NCBI GenBank assembly: GCA_963797825.1
Contig: CAWCRR010000047.1
Coordinates: 108,060 to 172,059 of the forward strand
DNA from: an uncultured Verrucomicrobiae bacterium
Lineage (GTDB): Bacteria; Verrucomicrobiota; Verrucomicrobiia; Limisphaerales; UBA11358
Direction: 5' to 3'
Length of the DNA: 64,000 nucleotides
The position numbers and the translations under genes were made by a program. Numbering within the stretch: position 1 is the stretch's first letter; the number at the start of each line of letters is the position of its first letter. The notes under the pieces are model-generated. The model saw only the letters and a program-made list of their open reading frames with translations, ran no database searches and was not told where the DNA came from. Of the stretch, positions 19,199 to 29,023 are shown piece by piece.

Positions 19199-20908
19199 AT
19201 GCTGACTATGGAAGATGCCGCCTTGTTGCAGGAATATGCCCGCACACAATCGGAATCGGCCTTTGCCACGCTCGTGGAAAGGCACATCGCGCTGGTGTAT
19301 TCAGCGGCGTGGCGTCAGGTGCGTGACCGGCAGTTGGCGGAGGACGTGTCCCAGGCCGTTTTCCTCATCCTCGCGCGCAAAGCAGGGCGATTGTCGCAGC
19401 ATTCCGGCTTATCTGGTTGGTTGCTCAAAGCCACGCGCTATGCCGCCAGTGCTCAAATTCGCGCAAACAGCCGCCGCACCCAACGTGAACAAGAGGCGTA
19501 TATGCAATCCTCATTGAATGATCAGACTGGAGTAAACGCAGATGCCTCCTGGATACGGTTGGAACCATTGCTGGACGAAGCGATGGCGTCGTTGGGCGAG
19601 ACCGACCGCACTGCCTTGGCGCTCCGATATTTCGAGAACAAGTCCTTGCGCGAAATTTCTGTGGCGTTGCGGATGGAAGAAGGAGCGGCGCAAAAGCGGG
19701 TGGCGAGGGCGCTGGAAAAATTGCGAGTGCGTTTCACAAAACGCGGAGTGAACTTGCCATCCGCAGAGATCGCTGAATCCATGGCCGCGAACTCAGTACT
19801 GCCAGTGCCGTTGGGATTGGCCACTTTGGCAACGGCGGCGGCAAAGGGTGCGGCGGGCAGTTCAATCCTGAGCCTTGTGAATGGATCGTTGAAACTTATG
19901 GCATGGGCAAAAGCGAAAATGACGATAGCCGTCGGCGTGGGCGCATTGCTCGTAGGGGCGACGACGACTGTAATCCTGACAGAGGGAGGACCTGATTGCG
20001 AATATCAAGGCACGATAACGATTGTTTACCCGATGATTCCAAATGGACAACCCACGAACCACTATACGTTTCGTTTGTTGTCAAAGCCGCCGGATTGGGA
20101 ATTATTTTTGACGTCATCAAATGTAAACTACGAGGCCTTTTCCTCACCCAAACAGACCTATGAAGTATATTTGTTCACAAACACTCCACCCTCGGGGCCG
20201 ATGAACACTTGCCAAATCAGTATCATACCGGGTCCAAGGCCAATGTTTGAAATGGGGGCGGAACATATTTGGCTGGCTTTGTTCTCAAGTGACACCTACA
20301 TCAAAATGCGACCTGGAATGCTAGATCCCGGCATGGCTACGATCCAACCTTCACTGATTGACCAAATAAGTGAGACGAACGGCGATACCTCTCCCCGCCA
20401 AATAAGTTGGACCAACGTATTCGGAATCCGAAATCGGACTTACGGAGACTTTCACTGGCTGGCTGACACGAACACGCCTGGAGGTTTGAACTTTCCAACT
20501 GAAAGCCAGTGGACAATGCATTTCGTTACCACAAACGGCGATTGGAAAACCAACATCTTTTCGGACCTGGTCATTGACCGCGTGGAGCCTTTGACAGAAA
20601 ACCTGGTTCGTATCCCTAAAATCCCCGGTCGCAACTTTGTTGTCGACTACCGGCAATGTGACTTTTCGAAACTTGGGTATGAGACGGCCGTAAAACAATA
20701 TAATCTTCAAGATGGCGAAGGACTTGAAAAAAACACGAAAGCGATCTTACAGCAAATCAGGCAGACTGCGTCGCTCACTCCTGCGGTTCGCTATCGTTTG
20801 CAATTGGCACAGCAGTCGCGCCGCAAATGGATATGGCTTTCCGCAACATTGATCCTCTGTGCTGTCGCCATTATTGCGGGATTAATCAAGAGACAACGCA
20901 GAATTTAA
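19199..20908 (+). CDS. ECF-type sigma-70 factor fused to a ~370-aa membrane-spanning C-terminal extension
   Basis: Region 2 ([41 protein letters not shown]) and region 4 ([35 protein letters not shown]). A TM segment follows ([21 protein letters not shown]), then a ~290-aa domain and a terminal TM ([20 protein letters not shown]). Confidence 0.8.
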   Translation: MLTMEDAALLQEYARTQSESAFATLVERHIALVYSAAWRQVRDRQLAEDVSQAVFLILARKAGRLSQHSGLSGWLLKATRYAASAQIRANSRRTQREQEAYMQSSLNDQTGVNADASWIRLEPLLDEAMASLGETDRTALALRYFENKSLREISVALRMEEGAAQKRVARALEKLRVRFTKRGVNLPSAEIAESMAANSVLPVPLGLATLATAAAKGAAGSSILSLVNGSLKLMAWAKAKMTIAVGVGALLVGATTTVILTEGGPDCEYQGTITIVYPMIPNGQPTNHYTFRLLSKPPDWELFLTSSNVNYEAFSSPKQTYEVYLFTNTPPSGPMNTCQISIIPGPRPMFEMGAEHIWLALFSSDTYIKMRPGMLDPGMATIQPSLIDQISETNGDTSPRQISWTNVFGIRNRTYGDFHWLADTNTPGGLNFPTESQWTMHFVTTNGDWKTNIFSDLVIDRVEPLTENLVRIPKIPGRNFVVDYRQCDFSKLGYETAVKQYNLQDGEGLEKNTKAILQQIRQTASLTPAVRYRLQLAQQSRRKWIWLSATLILCAVAIIAGLIKRQRRI

Positions 20909-20915
20909 GGCAACC

Positions 20916-22757
20916 TCATTCCACCGTGACGCTTTTGGCCAAATTGCGCGGTTTGTCCACGTCGCACCCGCGTGCCACGGCAATATGATACGCAAACAAT
21001 TGCAACGGCACCGCCGCCAGAATGGGATTCAGCGCCTCCAGCGTCTTCGGCAAATAGATGACATCGTTCGCGACCTTCTTGATCGCCTTGTCCCCTTCCG
21101 TCGCCAGCGCGATGATCGGGCCCCGGCGCGCGCGAATCATCGCCAGGTTGGCCATCGTCTTTTCGTACATTGAATCGCCCGGCACCAGGAAAACCGTCGG
21201 CGTCTTTTTGTCGATCAACGCAATTGGCCCGTGCTTCATCTCCGCCGCGGAATAGCCTTCCGCATGGATATAAGAAATCTCCTTCAGCTTGAGCGCGCCC
21301 TCCAGCGCCAGTGGAAACGTGTAACCGCGCCCCAGAAAAAAGAAATCGCCGGCCTTCGCATATTTTTTCGAAACCTTTTTCAACGCGCCATCCTGCGCGA
21401 TAATTTTTTCGATCTGTTTCGGCAATTGCAACAGCGCCCGAAGCACCGGCAATGCGTGGGGCGCGGAAAGATTCCGCATCCGTCCCAGGTGGATCGCCAG
21501 TAATGTGAGGATGGTCAGCGTCGAGACGAACGCCTTTGTGGAGGCCACGCCGATTTCCGGGCCGGCGTGCATGTAGATGCCGCCGTCGGCTTCCCGCGCG
21601 ATGGTGCTGCCCACCACATTGACGATGGCCAGCGCCTTGTGCCCGCGCCGTTTGGCCTCGCGCAACGCAGCCAGTGTGTCCGCTGTCTCGCCCGATTGCG
21701 AGAGCACCAGGATGACCGTGTTCTTTTCCAGCGGTGCGTTCCGGTAACAAAATTCATGCGCAAATTCCACCTCCACCGGGATGCCCGCAAATTCCTCGAT
21801 CAGATATTCGCCCACCAGCGCCGCGTGCCAACTCGTGCCGCTGGCCGCGATGACAATGCGGTCGATCGCACGCAATTCCTTTTCGCTCAGGTTCAACCCG
21901 CCGAACTTCGCCGTGGCGTTCTTCAAGTCCACGCGCCCGCGCAATGCGTTCTCGATGGTGCGCGGTTGCTCGAGGATTTCCTTGAGCATGAAATGCGCGT
22001 GCTCGCCGCGGATCGCATCCTCCAGGTCAAACTCCAGCCGGCTGATCTGGATCTTCGCCGTGTCCGCGCCCAGGTTCTGCACCTCGAACCGCTTCGCCGT
22101 CACCGTCGCCACGTCGTAATCGTTCAGGTACACGACGTTTTTTGTATGCGCAATGATTGCCTGGGAATCGCTCGCCAGAAAATTTTCACCCCGGCCGATG
22201 CCGATGATCAGCGGCGAACCGCGCCGCGCCCCGACAATCGTCTCCGGTTCATCCGCGCAGATCACCGCGATGCCATACGTCCCAATCACCTCGCGCAACG
22301 CGTCGCAGACCGCCCGCGTCAAATCTTTCGTCCGTTGTTTCTCGTAATTCGCGCCGATCATGTGCGCGAGCACTTCCGTGTCCGTGTCGGATTTGAACGT
22401 ATGCCCCGCCGCCAGCAGCTTGTCCTTGAGCCGGTCATAATTTTCGATGACGCCGTTATGGACCACCGCAATGCGCTCCGCCTGGTCGAAGTGCGGATGG
22501 CAATTGGCATCCGAAGGCACTCCATGCGTGGCCCAGCGCGTATGGCCGATGCCTAGGTTTCCGGAGACCGGGTCGGATTGCAGGAGCGCGCCCAGGCCGC
22601 TGTCGATGCGGCCCTGTTTTTTGCGCATCACCAGGTCCGCCGTTTGCAGGATCGCCACCCCGGCGCTGTCATAACCGCGATATTCCAGCCGCCGCAACCC
22701 TTCCAACAGGATGGGCGACGCCGCTTTCTTTCCGACATATCCGATGATTCCGCACAT
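20916..22757 (-). CDS. glmS: Glutamine--fructose-6-phosphate aminotransferase (isomerizing)
   Basis: 613 aa. MCGIIGYVGKK..., two SIS domains, and the C-terminus ...[19 protein letters not shown]. Confidence 0.97.
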   Translation of the reverse strand: MCGIIGYVGKKAASPILLEGLRRLEYRGYDSAGVAILQTADLVMRKKQGRIDSGLGALLQSDPVSGNLGIGHTRWATHGVPSDANCHPHFDQAERIAVVHNGVIENYDRLKDKLLAAGHTFKSDTDTEVLAHMIGANYEKQRTKDLTRAVCDALREVIGTYGIAVICADEPETIVGARRGSPLIIGIGRGENFLASDSQAIIAHTKNVVYLNDYDVATVTAKRFEVQNLGADTAKIQISRLEFDLEDAIRGEHAHFMLKEILEQPRTIENALRGRVDLKNATAKFGGLNLSEKELRAIDRIVIAASGTSWHAALVGEYLIEEFAGIPVEVEFAHEFCYRNAPLEKNTVILVLSQSGETADTLAALREAKRRGHKALAIVNVVGSTIAREADGGIYMHAGPEIGVASTKAFVSTLTILTLLAIHLGRMRNLSAPHALPVLRALLQLPKQIEKIIAQDGALKKVSKKYAKAGDFFFLGRGYTFPLALEGALKLKEISYIHAEGYSAAEMKHGPIALIDKKTPTVFLVPGDSMYEKTMANLAMIRARRGPIIALATEGDKAIKKVANDVIYLPKTLEALNPILAAVPLQLFAYHIAVARGCDVDKPRNLAKSVTVE

Positions 22758-22765
22758 ACATCAAA

Positions 22766-22793
22766 TTACGATTTACGATTTACGATTCACGAT
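22766..22793. repeat. Heptanucleotide tandem repeat (TTACGAT)x4
   Basis: ttacgat ttacgat ttacgat tcacgat, starting 9 nt upstream of the glmS start codon. Confidence 0.9.
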
Positions 22794-23231
22794 TTAAGTC
22801 AGGACACGGCCATTGTTTTAGCCACGGAGTGGCGAGCGATAATAGGCCCACGGTGGCAACCGTGGGGACGATGCCGTTCAAACATTTTAAGCCCCGGACG
22901 GGGCGAAAGAAATGAATTTCTGTTATGCGATTTGCTGTCGCCCCTTTCGGGGGAATGGCGCTTAGTTAAAAAGCAAAACTTTGGCGCACAATGACATGCG
23001 ACAACGTCGTCGTTAGCGCCGTAGGCGCGACATATTTGTCGAACCGAACGTTTGTAAATTTTGAGAGCGCGTTGCTGCGGACAGGAATGTCCGCGCTCCG
23101 CCGTGCTGGTCATAATCGGCGCGCGGACTTTCTAGTCCGCAGCAGCTTCCCGAATGTTCCCGGGGCCGCAATTTTCGAGTGCCAGCACAGACTGAACCTT
23201 GCATAAAACATCTTTGTCCTTCAGCATTTCC

Positions 23232-23441
23232 CTAATGTGAACTCTTATATTGGCTCAAACAAAGAATCAAAATGACGAGTCCAAATCCAATCAGGACGAA
23301 TCCCCACTTTTTTAGGTGCTGTTTATTTTTCTCAAGTTTGAGAATGCCAGTGCAAATCATGATGCCATTGCATATAAACAAACAACTTATAATGGCATCT
23401 GGCCAAAAGCCGAAAAACCAAGAATTTGCTGAGTCATTCAT
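23232..23441 (-). CDS. Possible small two-TM membrane protein (69 aa)
   Basis: ORF track only, in a visibly AT-rich patch (23220..23520). Hydrophobic segments are AIISCLFICNGIMICTGIL and WGFVLIGFGLVILILCL. Confidence 0.3.
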   Translation of the reverse strand: MNDSANSWFFGFWPDAIISCLFICNGIMICTGILKLEKNKQHLKKWGFVLIGFGLVILILCLSQYKSSH

Positions 23442-23519
23442 GTTTTCATTCTTGTCACATCTCTCACGGTTTGACTCGCGCCTTCTCGTTTAAAATCCTG
23501 TCCATTCTGTTAATTCTGT

Positions 23520-24065
23520 CTAAATGTTTTTTAAAATCCACTCCGCCGCCCCATCCAAATCATCCACCACCACGGCTCGCGAAATTGTTTCCGGCTCGTC
23601 GCGTTCCACTTCCGCACCATAACCCGTGCGCACGAGGATGCTTTTTCTGACACCCGCGTTCCAGCCGCATTCCAGGTCGATCACCTTGTCGCCCACCAAA
23701 AAACTCCGCGCCAGGTCCACGCCAAACTCATCGCGCGCATCAAACAGAAATTGCGGCGACGGCTTGCGCCCGCGGCTCGGTTGTCCAGGCGCTTCGGGCG
23801 CGATGTAAATCGCGTCAAAACGGATGCCCCCACGCGCCAGCTCGGCGGCCATGTGCGCGTTCACCGCGTCCACGTCCGCCATCGTGAAATAGCCGCGCCC
23901 CACGCCCGATTGGTTCGAGACGATGAACAATTTGTACCCGGCGGCGCACAGTTTTTTCAAGCCAATCGGCGTGGCGGGAAAGATCTGCACCTGGTCGGGA
24001 CGATGCAAATAGTTCGCTTCGGCGATCAGCGTCCCGTCACGGTCGAGAAATACGGCCCGGTTCAT
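23520..24065 (-). CDS. gmhB: D-glycero-D-manno-heptose 1,7-bisphosphate phosphatase (HAD-IIIA)
   Basis: From the ATG at 24065: MNRAVFLDRDGTLI...LFIVSNQSGVGRGYF...PSRGRKPSPQFL...FLVGDKVIDLECGWNAG. The HAD motifs DxDGT, SNQSG and GD are all present. Confidence 0.8.
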   Translation of the reverse strand: MNRAVFLDRDGTLIAEANYLHRPDQVQIFPATPIGLKKLCAAGYKLFIVSNQSGVGRGYFTMADVDAVNAHMAAELARGGIRFDAIYIAPEAPGQPSRGRKPSPQFLFDARDEFGVDLARSFLVGDKVIDLECGWNAGVRKSILVRTGYGAEVERDEPETISRAVVVDDLDGAAEWILKNI

Positions 24066-24169
24066 GGACAAATAGTGGTGTGATTTTGGCAAGAATGGAA
24101 TTGAATTTTTTCTTCCACTCCCGCACCCTGCTACTGTTCCGTTTTGTTTAACCATCAATATATATACAC

Positions 24170-25456
24170 ATGAGCAACGGCAGATTAGGAATTTTGGTCG
24201 GCGGCGGTCCTGCGCCCGGCATCAACGGTGTCATCGCGGCGGCCACCATCGAAGGCATCAACAATGGCTTTGAAGTCATCGGCTTTCGCGACGGCTTTAA
24301 ATGGCTGGCGCAGGGCGACGTGCACCAGTGCAAACCCCTTTCCATCCGCGACGTCTCCGGCATTCACCTGCGCGGCGGCTCCATCCTGGGTACGGCCCGC
24401 ACGAACCCGACGAAGTCCGAGGAGATGATGAAGAATGTCTTCGCCTCGTTCGAGAAACTCGGCATCACCAACCTCGTCACCATCGGTGGCGATGACACCG
24501 CCTTTTCCGCCAGTCAGGTCTGCAAGCGCAGCAACGGCAAGATCAAGGTCGCCCACGTGCCCAAGACCATTGATAACGATTTGCCCCTGCCCGGCGCCAC
24601 CCCCACGTTCGGGTTTGAGACCGCGCGCCATTACGGCGTCCACCTCGTGCGAAACCTGATGGAAGATGCGCGCACCACTTCGCGCTGGTACCTGATCGTT
24701 TGCATGGGCCGCGCCGCCGGCCATCTCGCGTTGGGCATCGGCAAGGCCGCCGCCGCCACCCTCGTCATCATCCCCGAGGAATTTCATAAACAGCAGGTCA
24801 CCATCGATGAAGTGTGCGACATCATCATCACCTCCCTCATCAAGCGCCGCGCCGAAGGCTCGCACTACGGCCTCGTCATCCTCGCTGAAGGCATCATCGA
24901 ATCCCTGGGCGAAGCCGGCCTCATCAAGTCGGTCCCGGAAGGTGACCTGGGCCGGTACGGCAAAATCATCCGCGATGACCACGGCCATTTGAGCCTGGGC
25001 GAGATTGAATTCGGACGCCTCCTCAAAGACCTCCTGCTCGCGCGCCTCGAAAAGCTCGGCATCAAGACCGCGTTCATCGACAAGGACCTCGGCTACGAAC
25101 TCCGTTGCGCCGACCCCATCCCCTTCGACGCCGAATACACCCGCGACCTCGGTTACGGCGCGGTCAAATTCCTGTTGTCGCCCGAATCGCAAAAGTACGG
25201 CGCCATCATCAGCTTCGTGGACGGCAAGATGAATCCGCTGCCCTTCGAGAAGATGCTCGACCCCAAGACCGGCCGCATGCAGAACCGCAAGGTCAATGTG
25301 GACGGCGAAGCCTTTGAATGCGCCCGGGCCTACATGATCCGGCTCGAACGCGAGGACCTGGAAGACTCGAAAAAGCTGACCAAGCTCGCCGGCGCCGCCT
25401 CGATGACCCCCGAACAATTCAAGGAACGGTTTGGATATTTAGTGGGGATGAAATAG
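24170..25456 (+). CDS. pfp: Phosphofructokinase, pyrophosphate-dependent type
   Basis: GILVGGGPAPGINGVI..., IGGDDTAFSA (GGDD instead of the GGDG of ATP-dependent PFKs), PKTIDNDL, TFGFETA. Confidence 0.88.
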   Translation: MSNGRLGILVGGGPAPGINGVIAAATIEGINNGFEVIGFRDGFKWLAQGDVHQCKPLSIRDVSGIHLRGGSILGTARTNPTKSEEMMKNVFASFEKLGITNLVTIGGDDTAFSASQVCKRSNGKIKVAHVPKTIDNDLPLPGATPTFGFETARHYGVHLVRNLMEDARTTSRWYLIVCMGRAAGHLALGIGKAAAATLVIIPEEFHKQQVTIDEVCDIIITSLIKRRAEGSHYGLVILAEGIIESLGEAGLIKSVPEGDLGRYGKIIRDDHGHLSLGEIEFGRLLKDLLLARLEKLGIKTAFIDKDLGYELRCADPIPFDAEYTRDLGYGAVKFLLSPESQKYGAIISFVDGKMNPLPFEKMLDPKTGRMQNRKVNVDGEAFECARAYMIRLEREDLEDSKKLTKLAGAASMTPEQFKERFGYLVGMK

Positions 25457-25628
25457 TTTTGGAAATGAATTGCGGAAATTGCCCGAAGGCCCTGTCATTC
25501 CCTGACAGCATAATGTGCGATTTTGCGCCTGAAATGTTTCATCGTCAACACCACATTCAAATGCGGCAGAATAACCGCTGAGATGCGGAGGAGGGGCCAG
25601 GTAGGGGGCAGTCCCTTGCCCGCCGCTC

Positions 25629-25655
25629 GGCGCGCACGGAGTGACGCGCCCTACC
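25629..25655. repeat. GC-rich hairpin repeat (copy 1 of 3)
   Basis: ggcgcgcacggagtgacgcgccctacc. The 20-nt core gcgcacggagtgacgcgccc (25632..25651) is identical to the reverse complement of 37039..37058. A related copy, ggcgcgcagaggactgcgcgccctgcc, lies at 29729..29755. Confidence 0.85.
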
Positions 25656-25796
25656 ATCATCCAATTTCCATCCACCATCTTCGTCCTTTCCTTTCTTCCC
25701 CACGGCGGAATGTGTCGGTGAGGCCGCAAAAATGGAAGTGTCCTCGCTGTTCCTTCTCCAAGGGGAGAAGGATGAGGGGGTCTAAAAACTAAATCC

Positions 25797-25926
25797 GTTA
25801 AACCACCTCCTCACCCCGGCCCTCTCCTCCGACCTGCCGCGACGGTGCGCGAGCACGGCGGGGGAGAGGGAGAAACGCTCGGCGCTTTTGTTTGAAATTC
25901 GGTCAGCGGAATGTGTTTGAATGGCT
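25797..25926 (+). repeat. Dispersed hairpin element, family B (copy 1; loop expanded by 29 nt)
   Basis: gttaaaccacctcctcaccccggccctctcctccg[29-nt loop]ggggagagggagaaacgctcggcgcttttgtttgaaattcggtcagcggaatg... aligns with the reverse complement of 51281..51384; the first 35 nt match at 34/35. Confidence 0.85.
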
Positions 25927-26127
25927 TTCTGCTTTTCTCTCTGCGAAATCTGCGGTTCCACCTTCTTCCCCCTTCGTTGCCTTCGTTTTCTTGGTGTAAA
26001 AAGTTATTTTTTTGTCTTTTATTTGCGTCTATTCGTGTCCATCCACCTTCCGCAGTATTGCTACGGAGGACGGGTTCGCGGTTGAAATTTTCCTCCGCGC
26101 CTTTGCGCCTTTGCGTTAAATTCCTTC

Positions 26128-26162
26128 GATGTTGAGCGTTGAATGTTGGATGTTGAATGTTC
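26128..26162. repeat. Heptanucleotide tandem repeat (NNNGTTG)x5
   Basis: gatgttg agcgttg aatgttg gatgttg aatgttc. Shorter copies of aatgttgaatg occur at 19191..19201 and 63611..63621. Confidence 0.85.
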
Positions 26163-26206
26163 CCCATTTTCTCCCGCAGCCCAGCGCCGGGTGTTAAAGT
26201 GGCAGA

Positions 26207-27292
26207 ATGACGCAATTCGCGCTACACTCTCTCATGTTTATTTCCGGACTCGGGACCGCCACCCCCTCGCAACGCTACACCCAGCGCGAGTGCTGGGACG
26301 CCTTGCAAAAATCTCCGCATCTCGCGCGCCTCAACCATCGTTCCCGCGCCATCCTCAAGAAAGTTCTCTGCGGCGACAATGGCATCGCCTCGCGCCATCT
26401 CTCTCTCAAGCCGCTCACCGAGGCTTTCCGGATGAACCCCGATGCCTTGCAGGCGCGCTTTACGGAACATGCGCCCGCCCTTGCCGTCGCCGCCGCCAGG
26501 CGCGCCCTGCGCAATGCCGCGGTTGCGGCCAAAACGATTGACGCCGTCCTCATCAGCACCTGCACCGGCTATCTGTGTCCCGGCCTCACCAGCTATGTCA
26601 GCGAGCAGCTCGGTTTGCGTGAAAATGTTTTTGCCCTCGATCTCGTCGGCCAGGGTTGCGGCGCCGCTCTGCCCAACTTGCGCGCCGCCGATGCCATCCT
26701 TGCCGCCGGTCACGCCGAAAACATCCTGTCCATCTGCGTCGAAGTTTGCAGCGCCGCATTCTTTCTCGATGACGACCCGGGCGTGCTGGTCAGCGCCTGC
26801 CTGTTCGGCGACGGCGCGGGCGCGGCGGTTTTGACGCATGTGCCGAATCCCCATGCGCGTCGTGTGGAATGGAAATTCTCGGCGTCGCACCTCGCGCCCG
26901 GCAAACGCGACACCCTCCGTTTCGGCCACAAGGATGGGATGCTGCGCAACATGCTGTCGCCGCAAGTCCCGCAGATCGCCGGCACGGCCGCCGCAAAATT
27001 ATTTTCGGAGACCATTGCCAACGCCGGCGTCCGTCGCAATAAAATTTCCGGCTGGGTCATGCACACCGGCGGACGCGATGTCCTGGCCGCCTTGCGCGAG
27101 CGGTTGAAATTGAAGGAATCGGACCTTCGCCACAGCGCGGCGATTCTCCGCGAGTTCGGAAATATCAGCAGCCCCACGGTCTTTTTTGTGCTCGAACGCG
27201 CTTTGCAAGACACGGTGCCGGATGGCTATTGGTGGATGAGTTCGTTCGGCGCGGGATTTAGTTGCCACGGCGCGCTTCTCGAAGTCAAATAA
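26207..27292 (+). CDS. Type III polyketide synthase (chalcone/stilbene synthase family)
   Basis: 361 aa. The Cys-His-Asn triad sits in its usual contexts: LVGQGCGAALPNL, WVMHTGGRDVL and FGNISSPTVFFVL. Also FGDGAGAAVL and SFGAGFSCHG. Confidence 0.9.
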   Translation: MTQFALHSLMFISGLGTATPSQRYTQRECWDALQKSPHLARLNHRSRAILKKVLCGDNGIASRHLSLKPLTEAFRMNPDALQARFTEHAPALAVAAARRALRNAAVAAKTIDAVLISTCTGYLCPGLTSYVSEQLGLRENVFALDLVGQGCGAALPNLRAADAILAAGHAENILSICVEVCSAAFFLDDDPGVLVSACLFGDGAGAAVLTHVPNPHARRVEWKFSASHLAPGKRDTLRFGHKDGMLRNMLSPQVPQIAGTAAAKLFSETIANAGVRRNKISGWVMHTGGRDVLAALRERLKLKESDLRHSAAILREFGNISSPTVFFVLERALQDTVPDGYWWMSSFGAGFSCHGALLEVK

Positions 27293-27315
27293 CGGCTGCA
27301 CAAGGATGCACTGCC

Positions 27316-27984
27316 ATGAGCCGCATCGTTGAACCTGAAATTCTCGATTCGCTGCCGCCGGATGATCCGCGCGCGGTGCGGTCCCGGCGCGATTTGCATC
27401 GCGTCAATCTTTTCATGGGCAATCACCGCATCATGGCCCGCGCGCTGAAGGAGTGCTGTCCCGTCCCGCCAAAAAAAATCGCCGAGATCGGCGCGGGCGA
27501 CGGAAACTTTCTCCTGCGCGTCGCCCGGAAATCCGCCTGGCAAAATGTGGATGCCGTTTTGCTCGACCAAACCAAAGCCGTTTCCACCGATACCCTCGCC
27601 GCGTTCTCAAAATTCAACTGGCGCGCCGAGCGGGTCACCGCGGACGTCTTTGATTGGAACGGTCCCGCGGAAGTCGTCATCGCCAATCTCTTCATTCACC
27701 ATTTTAAAGATGCGGATTTGGCGCGATTGCTCCGGAAGATTGCCGGTCACGCGAAACTTTTCATCGCCCTCGAACCGCACCGGTTTTATTACCCGCGTCC
27801 CTGCGCGCTGACCACGTTGCTCGTGGGCTGCTCCCGCGTGACCCTCCACGATGCCGAGGCCAGCATCCGCGCCGGGTTCGTCCGCCATGAAATCACGCCT
27901 TTGTGGCCGACCCGACAGAACTGGCAATTGACCGAACGGCGCGCCGGCCTGTTCAGCCATCTTTTCATCGCCAATCGGATTTGA
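27316..27984 (+). CDS. Class I SAM-dependent methyltransferase
   Basis: From the ATG at 27316: MSRIVEPEILDSLPPDDPRAVRSRRDLHRVN...IAEIGAGDGNFLLRVA (SAM motif I). It is a co-directional neighbour of the PKS. Confidence 0.7.
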   Translation: MSRIVEPEILDSLPPDDPRAVRSRRDLHRVNLFMGNHRIMARALKECCPVPPKKIAEIGAGDGNFLLRVARKSAWQNVDAVLLDQTKAVSTDTLAAFSKFNWRAERVTADVFDWNGPAEVVIANLFIHHFKDADLARLLRKIAGHAKLFIALEPHRFYYPRPCALTTLLVGCSRVTLHDAEASIRAGFVRHEITPLWPTRQNWQLTERRAGLFSHLFIANRI

Positions 27985-27985
27985 A

Positions 27986-29023
27986 ATGCCCGGCGCAAAA
28001 CCCATCCATATCATCGGCGGCGGGCTGGCCGGTCTGACCCTCGGCATCGCCCTGCGCCAGCGCGAGATCCCCGTCATCGTCATCGAAGCTGGAAATTACC
28101 CGCGCCACCGCGTCTGCGGCGAGTTCATCAGCGGCCACGGCTTGGAGGTTCTTGACGCGCTGGGATTAAAGCAGGCCTTTTTGAATGCCGGCGCCATTGA
28201 AGCGCGCTCCGCCGGCTTCTTTTTGGAGAATTTTTCATCGCCTGTCCATCCATTATCGCCCTCAGCGCTTTGCCTTTCGCGCTTTGCCATGGACAAATTA
28301 TTGGCGGATGAGTTCCAAAAAATCGGGGGCGAATTGCACGTTGCCAAACGATGGAACGGCGAGAGCGTTGACGGCCTGGTGCGCGCCAGCGGGCGGCAAT
28401 TAAAACCTATGGAGAACGGCTGGCGCTGGTTCGGGCTGAAGGCCCATGCGAAGAATGTTTCGCTCGTCACCGACCTGGAGATGCATCTTTTCAAAAACAG
28501 TTACATTGGCCTCTGCAAACTCGCGGGCGGCGATGTGAATATCTGCGGCCTGTTTCGTCGCAATGGCCGCGAGAACTTGTCGAAGAATGGATTCGATCTG
28601 TTGCGCGGCGAGCCGGGCAGCCTTTTGCGCGAGCGCCTTTCGGCAGCCCAATTTGATGAGGACTCGTTTTGCTCCGTGGCCGGCTTGTCACTCACGCCTC
28701 GACGGGCGTCCGCGCAACCCGAAATCTGCATCGGCGACGCCCTCACCATGATCCCGCCTGCCAGTGGAAACGGGATGTCCCTCGCCTTCGAATCCGCGCA
28801 ATTGGCCGCCGGACCGCTGGCGGCCTTCAGCGCGGGCGGGATTCAGTGGAACGCCGCGCGCCGGCAAGTGGCCCGCCTGTGCGACGAAGCCTTTTCCCGG
28901 CGGCTGCGCTGGGCGAACTGGCTGCAGCGCCTCATGTTCTCGCCCGCGGTGCGATCGCCGTTCGGCAAAATCCTCTTTCAGTCGGATGCCTTTTGGCAAA
29001 TGATGTTCGCCAGGACACGATGA
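27986..29023 (+). CDS. FAD-dependent oxidoreductase / monooxygenase
   Basis: Rossmann dinucleotide motif IHIIGGGLAGLTLGIALRQREIPVIVIEA, then RVCGEFISGHG and ...IGDALTMIPPASGNGMS. It starts 2 nt after the methyltransferase stop. Confidence 0.8.
   Translation: MPGAKPIHIIGGGLAGLTLGIALRQREIPVIVIEAGNYPRHRVCGEFISGHGLEVLDALGLKQAFLNAGAIEARSAGFFLENFSSPVHPLSPSALCLSRFAMDKLLADEFQKIGGELHVAKRWNGESVDGLVRASGRQLKPMENGWRWFGLKAHAKNVSLVTDLEMHLFKNSYIGLCKLAGGDVNICGLFRRNGRENLSKNGFDLLRGEPGSLLRERLSAAQFDEDSFCSVAGLSLTPRRASAQPEICIGDALTMIPPASGNGMSLAFESAQLAAGPLAAFSAGGIQWNAARRQVARLCDEAFSRRLRWANWLQRLMFSPAVRSPFGKILFQSDAFWQMMFARTR

Noticed and set aside
21567-22556. 329-aa ORF (and also 20905..21750, 281 aa) overlapping glmS in other frames or on the other strand
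   Set aside because: glmS is unambiguous, and these ORFs are Arg/Ala/His-rich with no motifs.
22758-23231. Possible glmS ribozyme or riboswitch in the glmS 5' region
   Set aside because: I could not recognise the conserved glmS ribozyme core. The region is instead made of the heptamer repeat and dispersed hairpin repeats. A covariance-model scan (Rfam RF00234) would settle it.
24185-25417. 410-aa ORF antisense to the phosphofructokinase gene
   Set aside because: It lies fully inside and opposite a gene with strong homology. Its composition is Ala/Gly/Asp/Val-rich low complexity, typical of antisense frames in high-GC DNA.
25811-26541. ORFs 25811..26215 (-) and 26143..26541 (+) in and around the long spacer upstream of the PKS
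   Set aside because: They are built almost entirely from dispersed repeats (family B element, ctttgcgcctttgcgtt, heptamers). The second overlaps the PKS start in another frame.
26222-26965. 247-aa ORF antisense to the type III PKS
   Set aside because: Same reasoning: a shadow ORF inside a well-supported gene.
28900-29020. TPP riboswitch upstream of thiE
   Set aside because: thiE overlaps the upstream flavoprotein gene (ATGA), which leaves no leader, and I saw no THI-box-like sequence.
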